Assembly: GCA_902526565.1 (NCBI GenBank)
Contig: CABZLP010000003.1
Coordinates: 8,394 to 72,393 of the forward strand
Reading direction: 5' to 3'
DNA length: 64,000 nt
Source: an uncultured Pelagibacteraceae bacterium
GTDB taxonomy: Bacteria; Pseudomonadota; Alphaproteobacteria; Pelagibacterales; AG-422-B15
In this document: piece after piece, positions 8,368 through 16,323 of the stretch
Layout of the letters: each line of letters starts with the position of its first letter
Numbering within the stretch: the stretch's first letter is position 1
Made by a program: the position numbers and the translations under genes
Notes under the pieces: model-generated
What the model was told of the DNA's origin: nothing
Seen by the model: the letters and a program-made list of their open reading frames with translations, nothing else
Database searches by the model: none

Positions 8368-10647
8368 ATGAAACTTTTGCCAGATTCGTTAAGAATATTT
8401 GCTATAAATCGCGCATTAGAATTATCTGGATTGTTAATTGCTCTACTCAGTGTTTTTGTTTTTACGTCCGTTATCAGCCACTCACCGTTTGACCCAAATA
8501 TAAATAACTTAAATAACACTAAAGTAACAAATTTTGGTGGCCTTATAGGAGCAAATGTTTCAAATATTTTACTGCAGATGTTTGGATATTTCAGTTTATT
8601 AATTTGCCCTGTTCTTATTAGCTGGTCTTATAAAGTTTTCTTTACTAAGAAACTTAAATTTTTTGCACTTAATTTATTTCTTTTACCATTGATGATCACT
8701 GCACTCGCAATTTTTTCAGAGATCATTGAATTATCAAGTTCTAATGGGTTTATTGCTCACCAGTTTGTAACTTATTTAGAGAGTTCAAATATTTTTGAGA
8801 ATAATTACATTTTTTATTTATTTGTATCAGTTTTTTTCTTTTTATTTGTAATATTTTTTTACGGAGCAATGGGGCTAAGTAAAAATGAATGGAGTAATAT
8901 ATATCTTTTTTTAAGTACTGTTTTTAAATTATTAATCAGGCCAACTAATAAATTAAGTTTTTTAAAAAAATATTTTACTTTTAACGTACCATTCAAAAGA
9001 AATTATCAACAGAAAGAAAAAAGTAATCAAAAACTTGAACCTAAAATTAATTTTGATGAAATAAAAGATCAGCCTGTGAGTGATTTTTTCAGTCAACCAA
9101 AAAAGGACCATCTTGTTGAAGAACAGGATGAAATATTTTTGAATGATCTTAATTATAGAGCGCCTGGGATTGATATTCTCACTCGTCCTGATTCAAATCT
9201 AGAGAGTTCTACTAATCAAGAAGAATTAAAAAACAATGCAGAAAAACTGAAAGGAGTACTAATAGATTTCAAAATTGAAGGAGAAATTATTAACGTTTCT
9301 CCTGGTCCAATAGTAACCATGTATGAGTTACAACCTGCTCCAGGGATTAAGGCTTCTAAAATAATTTCATTGTCTGATGACATTGCAAGGAATATGAGCG
9401 CAATGTCTGCAAGGGTTGCGATTATTCCTGGTAAGAATGTTATTGGTATTGAAATACCAAATTCAGTTAAAAATCCAGTTTACCTAAGTGCATTATTCAA
9501 AAACGAAAAGTTTGTTTCTAATGAAAAGAATTTAATATTGGCTTTAGGCAAAGATATCAGTGGAAACGCAGTATTTGCAAATCTCGAAAATATGCCCCAC
9601 TTACTCATAGCTGGTACAACAGGTTCGGGTAAGTCAGTTGGTATTAATGTTATGATAACTTCAATTTTATACAAACATTCTCCGGATGATTGTAAATTCA
9701 TATTAATTGATCCAAAGATGTTAGAGTTATCTGTTTATGAAGGTGTCCCGCATTTAATCACGCCAGTCGTAACAGATCCCAAAAAAGCAATTACTGCTCT
9801 TAAGTGGGTGGTAAGAGAGATGGAGGCTAGATACAAAAAAATGTCACTTCTTGGTGTTAGAAATATTGAAAATTACAATGTTCGCATTGCGGATGCTATT
9901 CATAAGTCAGAAAAAATAATACGATCGATTCAATCAGGAATTAATCCTGAAACCGGCCAGCCAGAAACGAGAAATATTGAAATAGAAAATAAAAAAATGC
10001 CTTTTATTGTAGTTGTGGTTGATGAAATGGCAGATTTAATGATGGTCGCTGGGAAAGAAATTGAACATACAATTCAAAGGTTGTCTCAAATGGCACGTGC
10101 GGCTGGAATTCATTTAATCATGGCAACACAAAGACCAAGTGTTGATGTAATCACAGGTACTATTAAAGCTAATTTTCCAAGTAGAATTAGTTTTCAAGTG
10201 AGTTCTAAATTTGACAGCCGAACAATTCTTGGAGAAGAAGGTGCAGAGAGATTATTAGGAAAGGGTGATATGTTGATGATGACTGCAGGTGGCCAGACAA
10301 CAAGAATTCATGGGCCTTTCATTTCTGACAACGAAATTGAAAATATTGTTAAGTCACTTCAGAAACAAGGGCAACCTGAATATGATGATGAAATAACAAA
10401 AGAAGAGGAAGAGGAAGATAGAATTGATAATGATTTATCAGAAAACAATAAGGATGAACTCTTTAAAGACTCGATAGATATTATTTCTAAAGAAGGCAAG
10501 GCATCTACAAGCTTGCTCCAACGTAAACTTCAAATAGGTTATAATCGTGCAGCAAGAATAATAGACCAATTAGAAGATCAAGGATACATCAGTTCTGCTA
10601 ATCATGCAGGAAAAAGAGAAATCAATTATGATAAGTTTACGAATTAA
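8368..10647 (+). CDS. ftsK: DNA translocase FtsK
   Basis: 759 aa. Hydrophobic N-terminal domain, Walker A GTTGSGKS, Walker B VVVVDEMADLMM, ATQRPSVDVITG, and a C-terminal gamma domain TSLLQRKLQIGYNRAARIIDQLE. Confidence 0.95.
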   Translation: MKLLPDSLRIFAINRALELSGLLIALLSVFVFTSVISHSPFDPNINNLNNTKVTNFGGLIGANVSNILLQMFGYFSLLICPVLISWSYKVFFTKKLKFFALNLFLLPLMITALAIFSEIIELSSSNGFIAHQFVTYLESSNIFENNYIFYLFVSVFFFLFVIFFYGAMGLSKNEWSNIYLFLSTVFKLLIRPTNKLSFLKKYFTFNVPFKRNYQQKEKSNQKLEPKINFDEIKDQPVSDFFSQPKKDHLVEEQDEIFLNDLNYRAPGIDILTRPDSNLESSTNQEELKNNAEKLKGVLIDFKIEGEIINVSPGPIVTMYELQPAPGIKASKIISLSDDIARNMSAMSARVAIIPGKNVIGIEIPNSVKNPVYLSALFKNEKFVSNEKNLILALGKDISGNAVFANLENMPHLLIAGTTGSGKSVGINVMITSILYKHSPDDCKFILIDPKMLELSVYEGVPHLITPVVTDPKKAITALKWVVREMEARYKKMSLLGVRNIENYNVRIADAIHKSEKIIRSIQSGINPETGQPETRNIEIENKKMPFIVVVVDEMADLMMVAGKEIEHTIQRLSQMARAAGIHLIMATQRPSVDVITGTIKANFPSRISFQVSSKFDSRTILGEEGAERLLGKGDMLMMTAGGQTTRIHGPFISDNEIENIVKSLQKQGQPEYDDEITKEEEEEDRIDNDLSENNKDELFKDSIDIISKEGKASTSLLQRKLQIGYNRAARIIDQLEDQGYISSANHAGKREINYDKFTN

Positions 10648-11219
10648 TGATCAGGTTTATTATTATTCTAATAATAACTTTTTTTTCGTTGAATACATCA
10701 AATGCAAGTAATGACTCAATTATTATAAAAATTCAAAACGGCTGGAACGAAATACAGACAATGTCAGGTGAGTTTTCACAGTTAGATACTAACGGCAACA
10801 TAGAGAGAGGTAATTTTTACTTTTCAAAACCGTACAAATCTAAGTTTGTTTATAAAAATAAAAATGAGGATATTGTTACAAATGAAAGCTTATTACGCAT
10901 TGTAGATAAAGAGGGTTTTCAGATTGATAGCTATGCAATTGGGGGGAATGTTCTCAAAAAACTTCTTTCTGTTAATCTAGACATTCAGAAAGAATTTGAT
11001 ATCGATTATATTAGAGAAGATGATGAGAATTTTGAAATAGGAGCAGTTATAGAGAATTATAATAATTTGAATAAATTTATTCTCACTTTTGATAAAAATA
11101 CTATAGAGCTTGAAAAGTGGGAGATTTCAGATGAAATAGGTAATAAAACTGTTTTAGAGTTTACAAAGATAAAAAAAAATATATTTATAAGCCAAAATTT
11201 ATTCGTAGTCCGTTATTAA
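10647..11219 (+). CDS. lolA: outer-membrane lipoprotein carrier protein LolA
   Basis: 190 aa with a signal peptide and a LolA-like core, SGEFSQLDTNGNIERGNFYFSKPYKSKFVY. It sits in the conserved position immediately after ftsK, with a shared stop/start nucleotide. Confidence 0.8.
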   Translation: MIRFIIILIITFFSLNTSNASNDSIIIKIQNGWNEIQTMSGEFSQLDTNGNIERGNFYFSKPYKSKFVYKNKNEDIVTNESLLRIVDKEGFQIDSYAIGGNVLKKLLSVNLDIQKEFDIDYIREDDENFEIGAVIENYNNLNKFILTFDKNTIELEKWEISDEIGNKTVLEFTKIKKNIFISQNLFVVRY

Positions 11220-11267
11220 AATAATTAGGCTACAGGCAGGTTATAAAATAAAAAATTTTCACTATTT

Positions 11268-12626
11268 ATGACGGTTAGTTCTATTATTGAACTTAAGCAA
11301 TGGCTTGGGTCAAATAAAATTTCAGAGGTAGAGTGTATTTTCCCAGACATGGCAGGGTCTTCAAAAGGTAAGATTTTACCTGTAGAAAGATTTGTTAAAA
11401 CCTTAGAAGATCAGAGTCTTAAGCTTGCTGATTCAGTTTTTGGCCAAACTGTCTCAGGTAAGTGGGTTTATGATAGTGAGGTTATTGATTATGTAGAGGA
11501 AGATCTTTTTATGACCCCTGACCTCTCGACTATTAGAAAAATCCCATGGAATAAAGAACCTACAGCTCAGATAATCTGTGACCTCGACTATAGCTCTCAT
11601 GAACCATCTAAATTGGCTCCGAGACAAGTATTAAAAAATATCATCCAGCAATTAAGTGACGAGAATGTTCAAGCAATCGTAGCTCCAGAACTAGAATTTT
11701 ATCTTTGTGAACAAAATTTAGATCCTGATCTACCTTTAAAAACACCAATTGGAAAATCTGGACGAAGAGAAACAGGAAGCAGGGTATTTGGAATTGACGC
11801 AGTTAATGAGTTCGATGCATTGACTGATGATATTTATGACTACTGTGAATTAATGAAAATTGGAGTAGATACATTAGTTCACGAGTCTGGACCCTCGCAA
11901 ATTGAAATAAATTTAAATCATGGAGATCCTCTTGCTCTTGCTGACCAAGCCTTTATGTTTAAAAGAGCTGTTAGGCAAGTGGCTTTAAAACACAATATTT
12001 ACGCAACTTTTATGGCTAAACCATACCAAGGGCAGCCAGGAAGCTCCATGCATATCCACCAAAATTTAGTTTCAACAAAATCGGGTAAAAATTTGTTTTC
12101 AGATAATAAAGGTAATAACTCAAAAGAGTTTTTTCATTTTATTGGTGGTTTACAAACATACTTACCTGATGCCATGCTATTATTTGCACCTTACGTTAAT
12201 TCATATAGAAGATTCGTTATAGATGCTTCTGCACCAATAAATACCCATTGGGGATTTGAAAATAGAACTGTTGCTTTCAGGGTTCCAACTTCCCATAATA
12301 TGTCACGACGAGTAGAAAATAGAATTCCTGGAGCTGATACCAATCCTTATCTTGCAATTGCTGCTTCTTTAGCTTGTGGTTTACTAGGTCTCAGAGAAAG
12401 AATCGAGCCAGCAAAACCTATTTCGGGAGACGCTTTTGAAAGAAGGCACAATATACCAAAATATCTTCCTGATGCTTTGAAAAGGCTAAAAGTAAGTAAA
12501 GAATTGTCTGAAAGCCTTGGTAAAGAATTTGTTACTTTATACACAGAGATTAAACAAACTGAGCATGACGCGTACCAAAACGTAATTAGTGCTTGGGAAA
12601 GAGAACATCTCCTATTGAATGTATAA
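11268..12626 (+). CDS. glutamine synthetase-family gamma-glutamyl ligase (GlnA/PuuA/GmaS-like; substrate not resolvable)
   Basis: 452 aa. GS catalytic motifs FMAKPYQGQPGSSMHIHQNL, NRTVAFRVP and ENRIPGADTNPYLAIA. Confidence 0.85.
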   Translation: MTVSSIIELKQWLGSNKISEVECIFPDMAGSSKGKILPVERFVKTLEDQSLKLADSVFGQTVSGKWVYDSEVIDYVEEDLFMTPDLSTIRKIPWNKEPTAQIICDLDYSSHEPSKLAPRQVLKNIIQQLSDENVQAIVAPELEFYLCEQNLDPDLPLKTPIGKSGRRETGSRVFGIDAVNEFDALTDDIYDYCELMKIGVDTLVHESGPSQIEINLNHGDPLALADQAFMFKRAVRQVALKHNIYATFMAKPYQGQPGSSMHIHQNLVSTKSGKNLFSDNKGNNSKEFFHFIGGLQTYLPDAMLLFAPYVNSYRRFVIDASAPINTHWGFENRTVAFRVPTSHNMSRRVENRIPGADTNPYLAIAASLACGLLGLRERIEPAKPISGDAFERRHNIPKYLPDALKRLKVSKELSESLGKEFVTLYTEIKQTEHDAYQNVISAWEREHLLLNV

Positions 12627-12629
12627 AAA

Positions 12630-13289
12630 CTATAAAATTGATCGATTAAGATAATAGCCTTTTTTTTCTTTAAACATAATTAAGTCTTTTAATTTAAGTT
12701 TAGTTTCAATTTTTTTCCTTAATGCGTATACATGTGTTTCTAAAGTATGTGTATCAATTTCCTCTCCATAACTCCAAACTTTATGCAAGAGACTTTTTTT
12801 TGAAATATATGTATTGGTATTTTGAAGTAAGTAAACAAAAATCTGACTCTCTTTTTCTGTAAATCTAAGAGAAGAAGATCTATTTGATAACTTTCTTGTA
12901 GAAGGGTCGTAAGTAAAATATTTATATCTGAGTAGCCTTTCACTGTAAATGTTTTCTTGAATAAGATTGTTTTCAATTCTTTGGCAAATATCGTTCATTC
13001 TAAATGGTACATTTAATTTTATTACTTCCAGATTAGTTTTGAAGTCCCTATTTATTAAACCTGAATCATTTATTAAAAATATTTTATTTAATACGGTCTC
13101 ACATTTTAAAATTTTATTAAAAACTTCGGTATCTACTACCACAGTTTTATATTTACTAGTTTTTAGATCTTCAATGTTTATGTTCTGAAAATAAAATGCT
13201 TTAGATATGTTTTTACTTCTTTCTACTTCAATAAAAACGCTGCTGAGACAGCGATTTTCAAAAATAAAAGGAATAATACTTTTGCCCAT
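12630..13289 (-). CDS. OmpR/PhoB-type winged-helix regulator with a degenerate receiver-like N-terminus
   Basis: 219 aa. C-terminal Trans_reg_C-like segment LRFTEKESQIFVYLLQN...LLHKVWSYGEEIDTHTLETHVYALRKKIE...KKGYYL. The N-terminal ~110 aa resembles a receiver, but the acidic pair reads FENR and the K-P-F position reads NVPF. Confidence 0.7.
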   Translation of the reverse strand: MGKSIIPFIFENRCLSSVFIEVERSKNISKAFYFQNINIEDLKTSKYKTVVVDTEVFNKILKCETVLNKIFLINDSGLINRDFKTNLEVIKLNVPFRMNDICQRIENNLIQENIYSERLLRYKYFTYDPSTRKLSNRSSSLRFTEKESQIFVYLLQNTNTYISKKSLLHKVWSYGEEIDTHTLETHVYALRKKIETKLKLKDLIMFKEKKGYYLNRSIL

Positions 13290-13809
13290 ATTAATAGTAT
13301 TTATAATACCATCAATGAACTTATTGGTAAAAAATAATCATTTATTTGTAAATGATGTGAAATTACAATGCGCAATAGGTAGTGGTGGGCTTGTAAAGAA
13401 TAAAATAGAAGGGGATTTATCGACACCAACGGGGACCTTTCGATTTAACAAAATTTATTACAGAGCAGATAGAATAAAAGAAACTAATTTTATCATTGAC
13501 TCTTCTATCATTAGAGAAAATGACGGCTGGTGCGATGATGTAAGGAGCAAATATTATAACCAATATGTCCAGTTTCCTTTTAATGAAAGTGCTGAGCGTT
13601 TATACAGAGATGATCATGTTTACGATTTGATTTGTGTATTAGACTATAATACCTCACCAATCATACCTGGGCGAGGAAGTGCAATTTTTCTTCATGTTTC
13701 AAAACCTAGTTTTGAAGGAACTGAAGGTTGCATAGCAATAGAAAGAAAGGAATTGCTCAAGATCGCTAATAAGTTAACAATTAAATCAAAAATTCATATC
13801 GAAAATTAA
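13207..13809 (+). CDS. L,D-transpeptidase (YkuD) catalytic-domain protein
   Basis: YkuD active-site motif IFLHVSKPSFEGTEGCIAI (His ... Gly-Cys). The long form (start 13207) supplies a hydrophobic signal anchor, GIILLPILIVFIIPS, but overlaps the divergent regulator by 83 nt. An alternative start at ATG 13315 lacks any export signal. Confidence 0.7.
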   Translation: MFLLLSTSIKTLLRQRFSKIKGIILLPILIVFIIPSMNLLVKNNHLFVNDVKLQCAIGSGGLVKNKIEGDLSTPTGTFRFNKIYYRADRIKETNFIIDSSIIRENDGWCDDVRSKYYNQYVQFPFNESAERLYRDDHVYDLICVLDYNTSPIIPGRGSAIFLHVSKPSFEGTEGCIAIERKELLKIANKLTIKSKIHIEN

Positions 13810-14459
13810 CTACGTTCTCCAAAGATTTTTGTGCCGATACGAATATGAGTAGCGCCACATTTTAAAGCAACCTCAAAATCGTTTGACATACCCATGCTAA
13901 GATATGGTAAATTAAAATTCTTAGCAAGGTCAGCAAGTTTCAAAAAATGTTTTTTGGGTTCTTCATTTAATGGAGGAATACACATTAACCCAACTACATT
14001 TATATTAAAATTGTTAATACATGACGAAATAAATTGTTCTGACTCAGAGAGAGCAACGCCAGACTTTTGCGGCTCATCTCCGGTATTAATTTGAATGAAA
14101 TATTCTTTGAAAATACCTTGATTATTTTCACATTCACTGAACATTTTTACAATTTTCATTCGATCCAATGAATGAATGACGTCACAACAACTATAGATAG
14201 ACTTAACTTTTCTACTCTGTATTCCACCAATGAAATGTACTTTTAGATGCGGAAAACTAGTTTTCAAATCAATCCATTTTTTCTCAACTTCTTGAATCTG
14301 GTTTTCACCAAAAGAAACATGGTTTAGTTCAATAACTTTTTTAATTTCATCAGCTGATTTTCTTTTGCTTACCGCTATCAGTTCAACATCCTTGATATTT
14401 CTATTAGCAGAAGCAACTGCATCGTGAAATTGACTAACAAATTTATTATATAAACTCAT
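13806..14459 (-). CDS. yggS: YggS-family pyridoxal-phosphate homeostasis protein
   Basis: 217 aa. Motifs LIAVSKRK (PLP lysine), FGENQIQE, HFIGGIQSRK, LSMGMSNDFEVAL and IRIGTKIFG. Confidence 0.9.
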   Translation of the reverse strand: MSLYNKFVSQFHDAVASANRNIKDVELIAVSKRKSADEIKKVIELNHVSFGENQIQEVEKKWIDLKTSFPHLKVHFIGGIQSRKVKSIYSCCDVIHSLDRMKIVKMFSECENNQGIFKEYFIQINTGDEPQKSGVALSESEQFISSCINNFNINVVGLMCIPPLNEEPKKHFLKLADLAKNFNLPYLSMGMSNDFEVALKCGATHIRIGTKIFGERS

Positions 14460-14463
14460 AAAA

Positions 14464-14501
14464 TAAAAAAAACACCTCGCAAATTAATGCGAGGTGTTTT
14501 T
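14464..14501 (-). terminator. rho-independent terminator after the porin gene (hairpin flanked by A/T runs on both sides)
   Basis: Stem CACCTCGC (14473-14480), loop AAATTAAT, stem GCGAGGTG (14489-14496). The A9 run at 14464-14472 gives a T-tail on the minus strand, and T5 follows on the plus strand. It lies between the porin stop (14528) and the yggS start (14459). Confidence 0.65.
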
Positions 14502-14527
14502 CTATAGATTATCTAATTAATTGTAAA

Positions 14528-15538
14528 TTAGAAACCTACTACATACATGAAGTTCCACACATCTGTGTCACTAGCATCACCACCAGCTACATCAGTTTCA
14601 GTGTAATCTAAACCAAATGATGCTGCGCCCATTCCTTTACTTAATGATACTCTCATATAGTCAGTATCAGTAGTATAGTCTTTGGTCGCGAATGTTACAC
14701 CGGCGTTCATACCCATAACAGATGTACCTACACCCATTTGAGTTTCTTCCATCCCGTTGTCACTGTCGTACAATGCGTAACCTAAGTTAAGGCCTGCAAC
14801 TGAATAACCAACAGTTACGAATGAAGGATCAACGTCAGCGGTCGAGCCATTGTAGTCAATCTGAGATACTCCAGCCGCGACTGTTGCACCCATGATTGAT
14901 GTTTTAGCGGCATAGGACATAACTGCTGCATGTCCTTCTGTAGCATCTGAACCAGATAATCTAGTGTATCCAGTTGGAACATCTGCTCCAGCATTAACTT
15001 TAACAATCTGATTTGGATCATCAGTGTTAATTGCTGTACCAGTAGCACCATTAGTTGACTGTACTTTCATACCTCTAGTTACTGCGAAAGATATTCCGCC
15101 CATACTATTTGAGTATTTGATAGAGTTACCAGATTTTGTATCACCATCATCATAGATACCGGCACCACCTGTTTTACCACTTAGTGCAGATCCACATGCG
15201 TTTAGAGAGAAACATGCTGGAGATCCGTCCATCGAGTCAACGGCTGAGTCTTGACCGGTACCTAAACCGATTGAACCCATACCTGTATCAATGTTAACGT
15301 CTGTTGTTATGGACGCAGATGTTACGGACATTGTAAGTCCAATACCCATACCGTTATCCATTGAGTCACTGTACGAAACATAGATTGAGTTAGTAGAAAA
15401 ACTTGATGTCATTCCACCGCCATCACTATCACCTAACGTACCAGCGAAATAACCACTAATTGACATTTCAGCGTTAGCTGCACTTGCAGCCATAACTGAA
15501 GCCAATGCGGTTGCTCCGATTAGTTTTGATCTATTCAT
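14528..15538 (-). CDS. outer-membrane porin (beta-barrel, C-terminal Phe)
   Basis: 336 aa. Signal peptide MNRSKLIGATALASVMAASAANA, alternating G/S/T/D/Y-rich strands, terminal ...FMYVVGF. A good Shine-Dalgarno (AAAGGAAATTATTATG) is unusual for this window. Confidence 0.75.
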   Translation of the reverse strand: MNRSKLIGATALASVMAASAANAEMSISGYFAGTLGDSDGGGMTSSFSTNSIYVSYSDSMDNGMGIGLTMSVTSASITTDVNIDTGMGSIGLGTGQDSAVDSMDGSPACFSLNACGSALSGKTGGAGIYDDGDTKSGNSIKYSNSMGGISFAVTRGMKVQSTNGATGTAINTDDPNQIVKVNAGADVPTGYTRLSGSDATEGHAAVMSYAAKTSIMGATVAAGVSQIDYNGSTADVDPSFVTVGYSVAGLNLGYALYDSDNGMEETQMGVGTSVMGMNAGVTFATKDYTTDTDYMRVSLSKGMGAASFGLDYTETDVAGGDASDTDVWNFMYVVGF

Positions 15539-15654
15539 AATAATTTCCTTTCATATTAGAGTTGATCATAGTTAAATTTAACTGAGACTCTTTTATCAAA
15601 AAAATTGACTATTTTTAAAGGTATTTTCATAAATGCCACATTTTTATTTTTATA

Positions 15655-15672
15655 TGTGATATAAATATCACA
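15655..15672. promoter_or_regulatory. perfect 18-bp palindrome TGTGATATAAATATCACA (candidate operator)
   Basis: 8-bp arms TGTGATAT/ATATCACA separated by AA. It sits in the 228-bp divergent intergenic region between the porin and the lipoprotein gene. Confidence 0.3.
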
Positions 15673-15766
15673 ATTAGATTTTATTGAAAAAATAAGAAAA
15701 ATGAGTTATTTCAATTACTTTGGAGATAAGTTTGGTTAATATTTATTTAATAGATCTCAAAAAATT

Positions 15767-16306
15767 ATGAAAAAATCCCTTTTTTTAGCTATTTTACTTA
15801 CTCTTACAGTATCTTGTGCCCAGTTACAGAATATTCAAGATGAACCGGAAACATACCAGTCTGAAAAACAGAGGGTTTTGTCTAAGAAAGCAGAAGATCT
15901 TGATATGAATTTGCCTGATGGCAGCACTGTATTAGATGAGAACTCTGGCTTTAACCTTCTGGGTGCTTTGGGATTAAATTCTTCCTCTGATTATAAATTG
16001 GAGTCGTTAACCTTTGAAGTTGCGTTAGACAAAATAAGCTTCATGCCTTTATTATCTGTTGACTCAATGTCAGGTGTCATCGTTACTGATTGGTATAGTT
16101 TAGATAGTGGCCAAAGTAGAATAAAGATTAATGTTCGCGTTATCGACCAAGAAATGACGAGCAAAAGTCTTGAAGTGTCATTATTTACTCAAACATTAGA
16201 CGACGATAGATGGATTGATCAAGGAATTAACTCCGAGCAAAGCTTGAAAATAAAAGAAAGTATTTTATCTACAGCGAGATCATTAAAAATCGCATCAGGA
16301 CTTTAA
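15767..16306 (+). CDS. lipoprotein of unknown function (possibly DUF3576-like)
   Basis: 179 aa with a lipobox, LTLTVSC. The position directly upstream of leuS and the motif VIVTDWY recall, from memory, the alphaproteobacterial DUF3576 family. This is unverified. Confidence 0.55.
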   Translation: MKKSLFLAILLTLTVSCAQLQNIQDEPETYQSEKQRVLSKKAEDLDMNLPDGSTVLDENSGFNLLGALGLNSSSDYKLESLTFEVALDKISFMPLLSVDSMSGVIVTDWYSLDSGQSRIKINVRVIDQEMTSKSLEVSLFTQTLDDDRWIDQGINSEQSLKIKESILSTARSLKIASGL

Positions 16307-16323
16307 GACATCAATATTCTGTA

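Noticed and set aside
11220-11267. Possible glutamine (glnA-motif) riboswitch upstream of the GS-family gene.
   Set aside because: The leader is only 48 nt and shows no convincing stem-loops or conserved motif elements that I can recognise.
12740-13188. ORFs 12740..12976 (-) and 12967..13188 (+) inside the regulator gene.
   Set aside because: They are alternate-frame or antisense ORFs nested in the winged-helix regulator CDS, which has clear family motifs.
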